The translations under genes and the position numbers were made by a program. A DNA stretch of 50,554 nt from Gammaproteobacteria bacterium. Its GTDB lineage: Bacteria > Pseudomonadota > Gammaproteobacteria > Pseudomonadales > Azotimanducaceae. The stretch spans positions 1 to 50,554 of the forward strand of contig JAPOYW010000327.1 of assembly GCA_026706425.1 (NCBI GenBank), in the 5' to 3' direction. Positions 9,607-20,000 of this stretch are shown one piece after another. The notes under the pieces were generated by a model. The model searched no databases. It saw only the letters and a program-made list of their open reading frames with translations, and was not told the origin of the DNA. Numbering within the stretch: position 1 is the stretch's first letter; each line of letters begins with the position of its first letter.

Positions 9607-10883
9607 CCGACCCGCTCCGATTCGACCGCGACCACATCTGGCACCCGTACACGTCCATGGTGGATCCCTTGCCGGTCTATCGGGTGGCGTCCGCCAACGG
9701 CGTGTGCATCCGCCTGGCCGACGGGCGCGAGCTGATCGACGGCATGTCGTCGTGGTGGTGCGCGATCCACGGCTACAACCATCCGGCTCTGAACGCCGCA
9801 CTGCGCTCGCAACTCGACGATGCCGCCCACGTCATGTTCGGCGGCTTGACCCACGAGCCCGCCATCGAGCTCGCCCGAACACTCATCGAACTGACCCCTC
9901 CCGGGTTGCAGCACGTCTTCTTTTCCGACTCCGGTTCTGTCGCGGTCGAAGTCGCCATCAAGATGGCCCTCCAATACTGGGGCGCGCTCGGCAAGCCCGA
10001 GAAGCAGCGGCTCGTCACCATCCGGGGCGGCTACCATGGCGATACGTTCGGCGCCATGAGCGTCTGCGACCCCGTCAACGGCATGCATGAACGCTTTCGC
10101 CCGGTCCTCCCGCAGCATCTCTTCGCCGACCGGCCCACGTCGCGCCCGGGAGAGCCCCTCAGCCTTGAAGATGCACGCGGCATCGAACAGCTGCTCCGCG
10201 AACACCACCAGGAGACCGCAGCCGTCATCCTGGAACCGATCGTGCAAGGGGCCGGCGGAATGTGGTTCTACACGCCCGACTACCTGAACCACGTCAAAGC
10301 GCTTTGCGAGAGGTTCGACGTGCTGCTCGTCTTCGACGAGATCGCCACCGGGTTCGGGCGGACGGGACGCCTCTTCGCCTGCGAGCACGCCGGCGTCGAG
10401 CCGGACATCATGTGTCTTGGCAAAGCACTGACCGGCGGCTACCTCAGTCTCGCCGCGACCCTGACCTCGACCCGCGTGGCCCAGGGCATCTCCGCCGACG
10501 GCGGCGTGCTGATGCACGGACCCACGTTCATGGCGAATCCGTTGGCCTGCGCGGTGGCCAGGCGCAGCATCGAACTGCTGCTAACCGGGGACTGGCAAGG
10601 CCGGGTTGCCGCGATCGAGGCCCAGCTCCGCGCGGAGTTGGCGCCCTACGCCGCGTTAACGGAAGTGCGCGACGTGCGCGTACTCGGCGCCATCGGCGTG
10701 GTTCAGACCGATAAGCCCGTCGACGTTGCGTCGCTGCAGCGTGTATTCGTCGATTCCGGCGTCTGGATCCGGCCCTTCAACGACCTGATCTACCTCATGC
10801 CGCCGTACGTGATCGACGAACCGGCGCTCCGCCAACTCACGCAGGCCATCGGCCAGGGGCTTAAGGGCACCGCCGCCGGCTGA
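9603..10883 (+). CDS. bioA: Adenosylmethionine-8-amino-7-oxononanoate aminotransferase
   Basis: [19 protein letters not shown]...[19 protein letters not shown]...[12 protein letters not shown] matches BioA. The ATG at 9603 forms an ATGA overlap with the bioD stop. The 76 upstream codons of the ORF are Arg-rich and look spurious. Confidence 0.92.
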   Translation: MTDPLRFDRDHIWHPYTSMVDPLPVYRVASANGVCIRLADGRELIDGMSSWWCAIHGYNHPALNAALRSQLDDAAHVMFGGLTHEPAIELARTLIELTPPGLQHVFFSDSGSVAVEVAIKMALQYWGALGKPEKQRLVTIRGGYHGDTFGAMSVCDPVNGMHERFRPVLPQHLFADRPTSRPGEPLSLEDARGIEQLLREHHQETAAVILEPIVQGAGGMWFYTPDYLNHVKALCERFDVLLVFDEIATGFGRTGRLFACEHAGVEPDIMCLGKALTGGYLSLAATLTSTRVAQGISADGGVLMHGPTFMANPLACAVARRSIELLLTGDWQGRVAAIEAQLRAELAPYAALTEVRDVRVLGAIGVVQTDKPVDVASLQRVFVDSGVWIRPFNDLIYLMPPYVIDEPALRQLTQAIGQGLKGTAAG

Positions 10884-10886
10884 CGC

Positions 10887-13358
10887 TCACCAGCGATACT
10901 GGAGACGCCCGACGACGTGGCGCGGCAGCTCCGGCAGCACGATCACACCACCGAAGAGGTTGGGGAAATTCGCCCGGAAGTAGCGCTCGTCGCTTAAGTT
11001 CTTGGCCGTCGCCGAGAGCGTCCAGTTGCCCCGTTCGAAGACGAAGCCGGCATTGACCAGCGTGTACGCCGGCAGCCGGACGGAGTTGGCGAACCCCGAG
11101 TGGACAGCGTCCACGTCCACCACGCTCGCCGAGACCGCCAGGCCGTTGCCGAAGGCGTACGTGCCGGTCAAGGACACGATGTTCTCCGGGATACCGGCCC
11201 TGCGGGCGCCGTCGCGGCCGGGCTTGACGATCGAACCGCCAAGGGCCCCTCCGTAGAAGGCCTCGGGAGGGACGCCCGGGATGTCGTCCGCGCCGATGAA
11301 GCTGAACCGGCCACCGGCGTTGAGGGTGTTGAGGTTCACGACCTCGATACGCGAGTAGCCGAGGCTGAAGAGCAGCCGGTCATTGACCGCCCAGCGCGCC
11401 TCGAACTCGGCCCCCGTGGTCTGTGCCGCCTGGTTGGTGTCCACCGACTGGGCGGAGTAGTCGGTTCGTTCCTGTTCGTAGACCGCCGCCGCCAGGTAGA
11501 GCCTCTCGTCCAGAACGCTGGCCTTGACCCCGACCTCGCGCAGCGTGGAGTGGTCGAAGGCCGTGCCGTCGGCGACATTCGCTGGCGCGATGTCGGCACC
11601 TTGGCCGGCGATCACCGTGCCCTGGCTCGACATCGTCACGTAGGGGATGATGCCGGCGTCGTTATCGAGGCTGAGGCTCAGGGTCCAGGACACCGCGTCG
11701 ACGCGATCCGACGCCTCGGCGACGACGCAGGACGCATCCAGGCAGAAGTGGGTGGCGCTCGGCAGCAGAAGCTTGTCCACCGGCTGGCGGCTCTCGAAGG
11801 CGATGCTGTCGTAGCGCACGCCGGCCAGCATGTTCAGACGCCGCCAATCCGCGTCCACGAGAACGGCCAGACCCAGGTCGACGTAGTCGCCGACGTGGTA
11901 GCGGCTGTAGTCGTCGTCGATCTGGGTTGCGAGCAACCGCCGATCGAGGGCGCTCGCAGGCTTGGTCAGGTCGCGCCGATCGAAGTACTCGTTGGTGAAG
12001 TCATCGCCGTGGTCGAAGTCCGTCACCCGGACCGAAGGCGAAAACTGCACGGTGGCTTCCGCGCCTCCGCGCCGGAGTCGCTTGGCCAGCACGAGCTTGT
12101 CCTCGAACACCGCCGCGTCGTGGAACGACGAGAACCCGTAAGCCACCTCGTTCACATTGTCGTAGCTCTCGTAGAAGGCTTGGTTGCGCCATTCCCAACC
12201 GCCGGCGGTGGTGCCCACGACGTCGAAATAGAGTGTCAGAACCTCGTTGGCAAGTTCGTCCTCCGCGGCGATCAGGACCTGGCTGCCTTCGATCGCCGCC
12301 GTGCCGACGTTGTCGAGCAACAGGAGATCCGGCCGGCAACCGAAGAGCGTCGTCGTGCCGATCGAGCACGCGCCGGGAAACGGGCCCGGCCCTAGCTGCG
12401 CAGTCGTGCCGGGCTTGAGGCCCGCAGCGAACGGATTGAGATCGGTGAAGCCGTTGCCGTCGACGTCGAACTCCTGGTGCGAGATGCGTCCGTCGCCGTT
12501 GGTGTCCAAGGGTTTCGGTGAACCGGTGATGTAGGTGCCGGTGTCGATGAGGTCCTGCGTCAGACGGTTCCACCCGGCATTCTCCGTGCCCGTAAACTCG
12601 TGGTACATGCCGCCGAACTGCAGGCCAACGGCGCCCACATCCATATCGAACGACGCCTGGATGAGCGTCTGCGAGATGTCGCCGTGGTCGTAGTAGCTGC
12701 CGGAATCCTCGGCCTCCGCATACAACCAATAGCCGAAGTCCTCGCTGCCGAGACGCCCCGGCCCACCCACTTCCGCCGTGGCGATGCGCCGGCCCCAAGA
12801 GCCGAAGTCCACGCCGGCACTGCCGGTGGCCTCTTCGATGAATTCCCCGGTCGCCTCGATGCGCGCCGACTTCGGATTGAAATTGAGGTAGCCGCCGATC
12901 TTCGCCGGGCCGTGAATCGGCGACGCCGGGCCCCGAACGATGTCAACCCGCTCGGACGCGCCGATGGGCGTCGGATAGTTGCCGGGATTGTCGAGACGCC
13001 GGATGCCCCGGAAATAGGTCTCGCCGGTGGTCCCGCGAATGTCCAGAGTGCCCGCGACACCGAAGAACGACTGCGTGAAGCTGCCCGGTGCCAGCGCGAT
13101 CAACTCGTCGATGTCGCGGATGTTGAAGCGCGCCATCATCTCGTCGCTGACAGTGGACGCCGAGCGTGGCGTATCGAGCAGCGACCGGCCGAATCCGAAA
13201 ACCGTGCGCATCTCGTCGTCCGGCAAGCTGTCGAGATCCGCCGTCACGACCAACTCCTCGACGTCGTCGTCGGGGTCGGCAGTAGCGGTTGCGGTACCGG
13301 CGCAAACGGTGGCGAGAGTCACGAGGATCGCGAAGCGCGGACGCCCACACACGGGCAC
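10887..13358 (-). CDS. TonB-dependent receptor with an EF-hand-like loop
   Basis: Plug motifs are present (FGFGRSLLDTPRSASTVSDEMM, LDIRGTTGETYFRGIRR, VDIVRGPASPIHGPAKIGGYLNF), and the protein ends RLQYRW. The GTG at 13358 follows AAGGAG by 5 nt and yields the signal peptide MPVCGRPRFAILVTLATVCAGTATA. The ORF maximum is 13391. Confidence 0.88.
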   Translation of the reverse strand: MPVCGRPRFAILVTLATVCAGTATATADPDDDVEELVVTADLDSLPDDEMRTVFGFGRSLLDTPRSASTVSDEMMARFNIRDIDELIALAPGSFTQSFFGVAGTLDIRGTTGETYFRGIRRLDNPGNYPTPIGASERVDIVRGPASPIHGPAKIGGYLNFNPKSARIEATGEFIEEATGSAGVDFGSWGRRIATAEVGGPGRLGSEDFGYWLYAEAEDSGSYYDHGDISQTLIQASFDMDVGAVGLQFGGMYHEFTGTENAGWNRLTQDLIDTGTYITGSPKPLDTNGDGRISHQEFDVDGNGFTDLNPFAAGLKPGTTAQLGPGPFPGACSIGTTTLFGCRPDLLLLDNVGTAAIEGSQVLIAAEDELANEVLTLYFDVVGTTAGGWEWRNQAFYESYDNVNEVAYGFSSFHDAAVFEDKLVLAKRLRRGGAEATVQFSPSVRVTDFDHGDDFTNEYFDRRDLTKPASALDRRLLATQIDDDYSRYHVGDYVDLGLAVLVDADWRRLNMLAGVRYDSIAFESRQPVDKLLLPSATHFCLDASCVVAEASDRVDAVSWTLSLSLDNDAGIIPYVTMSSQGTVIAGQGADIAPANVADGTAFDHSTLREVGVKASVLDERLYLAAAVYEQERTDYSAQSVDTNQAAQTTGAEFEARWAVNDRLLFSLGYSRIEVVNLNTLNAGGRFSFIGADDIPGVPPEAFYGGALGGSIVKPGRDGARRAGIPENIVSLTGTYAFGNGLAVSASVVDVDAVHSGFANSVRLPAYTLVNAGFVFERGNWTLSATAKNLSDERYFRANFPNLFGGVIVLPELPRHVVGRLQYRW

Positions 13359-13735
13359 GGCAACTCCTTGAAGGGTTCGAAGCGGCGGCACCGTAACGTA
13401 AAACCCCTTTTGCGAGAACCCCGATGTCGCCTTTCGAACTCCGAATGTCGGCTTTCCGGGCCGTCGTTCACGTTCGACATGAACGGCCGAGCGGTACCGC
13501 GGTCAGCTTCGACTCGGTGCTGCCGGTCGCAGCATCCACGGCCGCCTCCGCGGCGTCCACTACCCTCCAAGGGTCAAGCTCGTCGCGAGGTCGATCCCGA
13601 GGCGTGTTACGTTTGTGCTTGGACCGTTTCGTTGCCGAATGATGACACCCCGTCGACCTGGCGTCCGAGGTTGTCGGGAAAGAAGCGGGGCGGACCCGTC
13701 CGTCAGTTTTTTGGCAGCTTGAGGAGAGAGACGCA

Positions 13736-14194
13736 GTGGGAGTTGACGTTGGAGAGGTTGCACCGGATTTCACCCTCGAAACAGCGAGCAGGGCAGGCAG
13801 CGGAACGCTGCGGCTGAGTTCGCTGCGAGGCCGAAAGGTCGTCCTGTTCTTTTATCCGGCCGACCATTCGTACGGTTGCACGACCCAGGTCTGCGCGTTG
13901 CGCGACGCCTATGACGAGCTGGTTGGTCACGGTGTCGAAGTCGTAGGTATCAGCGGGCAGACAGTCGCGTCCCACGAGAGCTTCGCCGGCAACCACGCAC
14001 TGCCCTTCCCGATCGCCAGCGACCCCGGCAACCGCGTGCGTCGCGAGTACGGTGCGTCCAAGTGGATCTTGCCGTGGCGCGTGACGTACCTCATAGACGA
14101 GGACGGCGTCGTGGTCGACGTGTACTCCGGCATGGTTCGACCCCTCATGCACGTCGAACGCGTGAAGGAGTGGATAGCTGGCGCGGTCGGCTAG
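13736..14194 (+). CDS. bcp: Peroxiredoxin, Bcp/PrxQ type thiol peroxidase
   Basis: GEVAPDFTLE...KVVLFFYPADHSYGCTTQVCALRD is a Bcp-like active site with a second Cys five residues downstream. GTG start preceded by GAGGAGAGAG. Confidence 0.85.
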   Translation: MGVDVGEVAPDFTLETASRAGSGTLRLSSLRGRKVVLFFYPADHSYGCTTQVCALRDAYDELVGHGVEVVGISGQTVASHESFAGNHALPFPIASDPGNRVRREYGASKWILPWRVTYLIDEDGVVVDVYSGMVRPLMHVERVKEWIAGAVG

Positions 14195-14304
14195 GCAGGC
14201 GTGTCCCGGGAAGGGCAAAGCGTACTTTGGATTCGCCGAGGCACCGCCTCGACCCCCGTGCAGGGTCCACCTCGGGCCCGGGAGGGTAGGCGCGCCTCTG
14301 ACGT

Positions 14305-17039
14305 CTACTGCGTATTGACCTTCAGGCTCACCCCGTAGCTGATGCCTGCGTTGTAGCGTTCATAGAGCAGCCCGCCCTGACGCCACTCGACGGCGTCGTC
14401 CAAGAGGTTCGACGCCTTGAACTCGATCTGGGCATCGAAACCAAACACGTCGAAGAGGTAGCGCGCGAGGAAATCCAGCTTGCCGCGAGCGTCCTCGACG
14501 ATGTTGGGGGCATTCTCCGCACCCACCAGGACGATGCGGTCGCCCGTGTGGTTATAGGCGAGCGACCCCTCGATGCCGCGGCTTGAGTCGACATAGCTCA
14601 GCATCAGGTTGCCCAACACGTCCGATTGGCCGCTCAAGGCCCGTTCGTTTTCAAACAGCCGGGCAATCTGGCGCGATCCTGTGACGGGCACGTCGGCGGC
14701 CGTCTCGCCTTCCCCGAACAGGGTCACTTGGGAGTCCATCAACGTGACGTTCGCGTTCAGCTTGAAGAAATCCCACGACGCGCCCAAGCCGAACCACTCG
14801 CCGAAGAACAGGTCCTTGCGCAGCTCGACCTCGACACCCTGAAGCTCCGCTTCTTCACCGTTGAACCACGTGTAGATGTCGTTCTGCGCCTGGACTTTGC
14901 CGACCTCGATGGGGTTGTCGAAGAACTTCTGGAAAACGCCGATCGACAGGCTTAAGTCTTTGCCGAAGTACCACTCCCAACGGGCGTCGAGATTGTCGAC
15001 TTTGGCGGGTGCCAAGAAGACGTTGCCGCGATAGAGGTTCGAGTCCTCCGGGTTGCGCAGCGTGGTGCCGGTGATCTCGAGCAGACTCGGCCGGTTCAGC
15101 GTGTTGGAGTACGCGAGGCGCAGCTGCATGTCGTTCACCAACTCGAGAGTGAGGGAGGCCGAGGCCAAGATGTCGACGTAGTCCTGGCTAACGGCGTTGC
15201 TGGTGCCGGCCTGGGTGTTGCCACCGTAGGCGTCCGCGAACAGGGTCGTCTCCTCCTGGCGGAAGCCTGCGGCCGCGCGGACTCGCGGCGTGAGCTGCGC
15301 ATCGAACCCTAGGTAGACCGACATCGTCTCTTCGCCCGACTCGGCGAACGGGAAGATGCCCGCGGCGTTCGCCGCACCCGCCGAGAAGTCGCGCACATCC
15401 AGATAGCCCTTGCCCCAATTCTCGAGGCCGAAGAGCTGGTAGGGGGTCATCAGGGCGATGTGGCCCGGGGCCAGCGACGTGATGTCGAACCGGAAGAAGC
15501 GATCGGCGCTGGCGCGCGTCCGTTCGTAGCTGGAAGCGCCGAGGATGGCCGTCATCTCCACGTCGCCGGCATAGAAGGGCAGCTCCGCGTCGACGCCGTA
15601 TTCGCTGATCTCGTCGCGCAGTTCCGTGTATACGCGGTCTGGTGCTGGAACACCTCGCGCAGGTCGCCGGCGGCTTGGCGGCTCGGCGTCACGACCTCCT
15701 CGAGGCCCTCGGCATTCTCTGCGTAGGTGTAGGTGCGCGTGTCGGGCGACTTGCGGGTCGCCGCCCCATCGGTCGCGCGCCAGTTGATGCTCATCTGGTG
15801 GAAAGGGCCGACGTTGAAGTAGTGCTCGCCCTTCAACTGCGTCGAGCGGATGGTGTTCTCCGTCCACTGGAAGCGGTAGCTCACCACCGGCGTGCCGTCG
15901 GTCACGTCGTCCTCGCTCGACAGGCCGCGCAACCGCTGGGTCTCGTCGTCGGTCTGGGCAAGCACGACCTGGGACAACTGGATCGAGTGGCCGTCGCCGA
16001 ATTCGAACCCGGAGTTGACGAAACCGGCCCAGTCGATGGTCTGCCGGGTGGTGAACTGCCTGTAGTCGACGGTTTGCGTGCTGCCGCCGTCGACGCCGCT
16101 GAACTCGTAGCGCCGGAAGTCCTTGTCGCGGTTCCTCCACTTGCTGCCGTAGCGGCCCGCGGTCAACACCCCGGCAGAGAAGCCCGGGAAGTCGCCGCGC
16201 AAACCCAGTTCGCCACTCCCGGTGAAGTTGGGCTTGAGTCGCTGCTTCTCGAAGACCTCCCAGTGGTTGTAGAAACTGGCACCCAGGTCCGCGCTGTCCG
16301 GCCACGGCACCGCTTCGAAGTCGTCGCTGCTCATCCCGGCGATGTTCCGCGGCATCTTGCGCGTCCCCTCGTCGAACCCCCAGTTGTCAGCCGGACCGCC
16401 GCGATAGGACAGGCCTTCCCCTTGCGTGGTCTCCGAGTCGCCGGCAACCCCGGCTTTGAGCGTCGCGTAGTTGCGGTCGGGCGTCGCGCGGGTGCGGATC
16501 ATCACCGTGCCGCCGCTGAAGTCGCCCGGCAGGTCCGGCGAGTAGGTCTTCTGTACCAGGAGGTTGCGCACGATCGCCGTCGGGACGATGTCGAGCGGCA
16601 CGGTTTTCTGGAACGGAACCGGCGACGACAGCCGGCTGCCGTCCAGCACGGTGGACGAGTAGCGCTCGCCCAAGCCCCTCACGTAGACGTACTTGTCGCC
16701 GACGAGGCTTAAGCCCGTTACCCGCGACAGGGCACCGCCGACGTCGGTGTCCGGCATCAGCGCCAGCTCCTCGTAGTCGAGCATGTTCGCCACTTCGGCC
16801 GTGATCCGCTTATCGCCCGGGATGAACTGGCCGAGGACTACGACCTCCTCGACGTCACCGGGGTTTTGCAACACCACGCGGTTGTGCTGGCGCTCGCCGT
16901 CTGACTCCTGGGCCGAGGCGCCGGGGCCGGCGCCCAAGCCCAAGGCCATCGTCCAGATCATTGCCAACACGTGTGCGAGGGGTGCCCCCTCGCGCTCCCC
17001 GGCTGAAGGCTCTTTGCGATTCATTGCTACTCCCGGCAT
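14305..17039 (-). pseudogene. TonB-dependent receptor (about 910 aa) interrupted by one frameshift near 15630..15650
   Basis: The N-terminal frame (17039 to 15552) carries a signal peptide and plug (VEEVVVLGQF, LSRVTGLSLVGDKYVYVRGLGERYSSTVLDG). The barrel continues in another frame (from about 15633, VYTELRDEISEYGVDAELPFYAG, to the stop at 14305). The two frames are contiguous and differ by 1 nt. Confidence 0.75.
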
Positions 17040-17058
17040 GGTTCGAGTTCGCGCCGCC

Positions 17059-20000
17059 CTACTGCGTTACGCCGACGGTCCAGCCCGAACCCCAATTTGC
17101 GATGTCGGAACCGATGACGGTGTCGCCCGCGGGGTCGAGGCCCGCAGGCAGGGCAACCGGATTGGGCGTCGTGCCGTCCTGGGTGACGTTGGTCGAGCGG
17201 TCGAGGAAGTCCTGGACGAGCTGCACTTCGTCCTGGGCCGTATCGGGGTCATCGCGGGCGTCGTTGACGGTCGAGCAGTCGAGGCCGACGCCTTGAAACG
17301 TGATCCGGGTGTTGAGCAGGTTCACCGACTCGCCGTCGACGCGCACGCACTGCGCCGAGCCGGAGACCAGCGTGTTGTAGAGATGCACGCCCGTGCCGCG
17401 CCGCAAGCGGAGTGCGCGGTCCGTGGAATTGCCCACCATCGTTGCGTTGGCGATCGTCGGTTCCGAGATGGGCGTCGCCTGCTCGGCCTGCTCGCGGTTG
17501 TCCGCCTCGATCAGTTGGTCGCCGGCACCTTGGGTCTGCTCGATGTGCAGATACTGGATGCTGCCGGTCCAGCCGTCGGTCCAGTCCAGGCTGTCGTCCG
17601 CGTTGCCGATGAGGACCACGTGGTTCGCATTGACAGTGCCGCCGAAGAGCTCGATACCGTCGTCGAGGTTGTTGTAGACCTCGATGTAGTCTACTTCCGT
17701 GCCGTCGCCCACGCCCTGGAAGGCGATGCCGTTCAACTGGTTCTCCGGGTCCACGTTCGAGCCCGCGAACTTGACCACCACGTAGTGGAGCCTTCCGCTC
17801 GAGTCGTTCGGATCGCCGCCGCCGAAGAGTCCGGAATTCGCCTCGCCTTCCTTGGTGCACTCGGCGGTGCCACCGGTCGCGCCTTGCGGACAGTCGTTGA
17901 TCGGCGCATTGCCGTTGATCACCAGGCCGCCCCACAGTCCCCGGGTGGTCTCGGGGTTGGCGATGTCGCCGTCGACGTCGTCCGCCGCCGTCAAGGTGAT
18001 CGGGGCGTTCTTCGTACCGTTGGCGAGAATCTGCGACCCGCGCGCGATGACGAGGAAGTCGGTCGGGTTGTCGCCGATGATCGTCGTGCCGGACTCGATG
18101 TGCAGCGTGCCGGAGTCCGCATTGTCACCGCCCACGGTGACCTTGCCGTCGAGGATGTAGTAGTTGCTGCGCGTGAGCGCCAGTGCGCCGGAGATCGTGC
18201 CGGAGATCTGACAGGTCCGCCGACCGCCAACCTCGCTGATCTGCGCCGTGCCGTCGGGGCACGCGAAGTCGGCGGTCGCACTCGGCATGGCCACAGTCCA
18301 GCCCGTCGTCCAGTCCTCGTCGTTACTCTCCACGGCACCGATGAAATCCGTCGCGTCGAAGAAGCTCATCGCACTCAGGTCCGCCGCGCGCACCGACTGG
18401 CCGGTGGTCGACACGTTGCTGCTCGCGCCGAGCAAATTGTTGATCGCCGAAACGTCGTCGCCTTCCACCACCGTGTCGCAGTCGAAACTCAACCCCTCGA
18501 ACGTGATGCCGCCGCCGAGTAGATTCAGCGACTCGCCTTGGATGCGCAGGCACCTCTCGCTGTCCTGGACAACCGAGCTGTAAAGCTCGAGCCCGGTGCC
18601 GCGGCGAAGCCTGATGGCCCGCTCGCCAGGGTGGCCGGTGATGGTCATGTTCGCGATCTTCGGGCGTGACCGTGGCGTGGCGTTCTCGTCGCCTTCCCGG
18701 TTGTCCGCCTCGATTCCGTTGTCGCCGGCGTCGGCGGCCTGGTCGATGACCAGGTACTGGATGCTCCCCGTCCAGCCGTCGGTCCAGTCCAGCGAGTCGT
18801 CGGCATTGCCGGTGAGCACGACGTGCTTGGCGTTCACGGTGCCGCCGAAGAACTCGATGCCATCGTCAAGGTTGTTGTGGACCTGGATGTAGTCCACCAC
18901 GGTGCCGTCGCCCACGGCCTGGAAGGAAACCCCGTTGAGCTGGTTCTCGGGATCCACGTTGGCCCCGGCGTACTTGACCACGACGTAGCTCAGCGTGCCG
19001 CTCGAGTCGTTCGGATCCGCGCCGCCGAAGAGGCCGGAATTCGCCTCCCCTTCCTTCGTACAGGCCGTCGTGCCTCCCGTGGCACCCTCCGGACAGTCGT
19101 TGATCGGCGCATTGCCGTTGATCACCAAGCCGCCCCACTCTCCTCTCGTCGTCTCGATGTCAACCGAGCCCTCGAGGTCGGATTGGCTGGTCAGCGTGAT
19201 CGGTGCGGTGCGTGAACCGTTGGCGACGATCTGCGAACCCCGGGAGATGACCAGGAAGTCCACGGCCGTGCCGCCGAAGATCGTCGTGCCCGCCTGGACG
19301 GTGAGCATCGCCGAGGCCTCGTTGTCGCCGCCGATGACCACCTTGCCGACCAGTTCGTAGAGATTATTGCTGGTAAGCAGCAGATCCTGGTTGATCGTAC
19401 CGTTCAGTTGGCAGACGCGCTTACCCGTCAGCGTGCGGCTGGAAACGGTCGTGCCGTCCGGGCAGCCGAAGTCGGGCTGCGAGGCGCCGCTCACGGAACC
19501 CGCATACGTCCAGCCGGCGGACCAATCCTCGGTCCCGAAGGCGCCGATGAAGTCCACGGCGTCGAAGAACGAGTCGCCCAAACTCACCGGGTCTACGCCG
19601 TCGCCGTTGACCGAAACGTTCGTAGCGCTCGCCAGGTACGCCGCAACGGCACCGTCATCGTCGTTCCGGTTCGTCTGCGCACACGCGAAGCTGACCCCCT
19701 CGATCGTCAGGTCCGTGCCGAGGAGGTCGCGGCTGGTGCCGTCGACGCGGATGCAGGTGGCGGAACCGCCGACAAAGCTGTTGCTTAGCGCCAAACCGGT
19801 GCCGCGCCGGAGGCGCAAGGCGTTTTCGTCAGGTTTGCCGAGTACGGTCATGTTGGCGATGCTCGGGTTGGAGCGAGGCATCGCGCCTTCGTCGCCTTCA
19901 CGGTTGTCCGCCTCGATGGCGTTGTCCGCCGAGTCGGTCTGTTCGATGTAGAGGTACTGGATGCGCCCGGTCCAGCCGTCGGTCCAGTCCAGCGAGTCAT

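Noticed and set aside
7718-10883. The bioF-bioD-bioA cluster lacks bioB, bioC and bioH.
   Set aside because: Split bio loci are common in proteobacteria, and the missing genes are probably elsewhere in the genome. I note only the regulatory question as a low-interest finding.
13359-13735. A cobalamin or TPP riboswitch in front of the TBDR, and Fur boxes in front of any of the five TBDR genes.
   Set aside because: I found no B12-box or GCCACTG core, no CTGAGA...ACCTGA TPP core, and no GATAATGATAATCATTATC-like element by eye on the relevant strand. An Infernal or PWM scan is needed to be certain.
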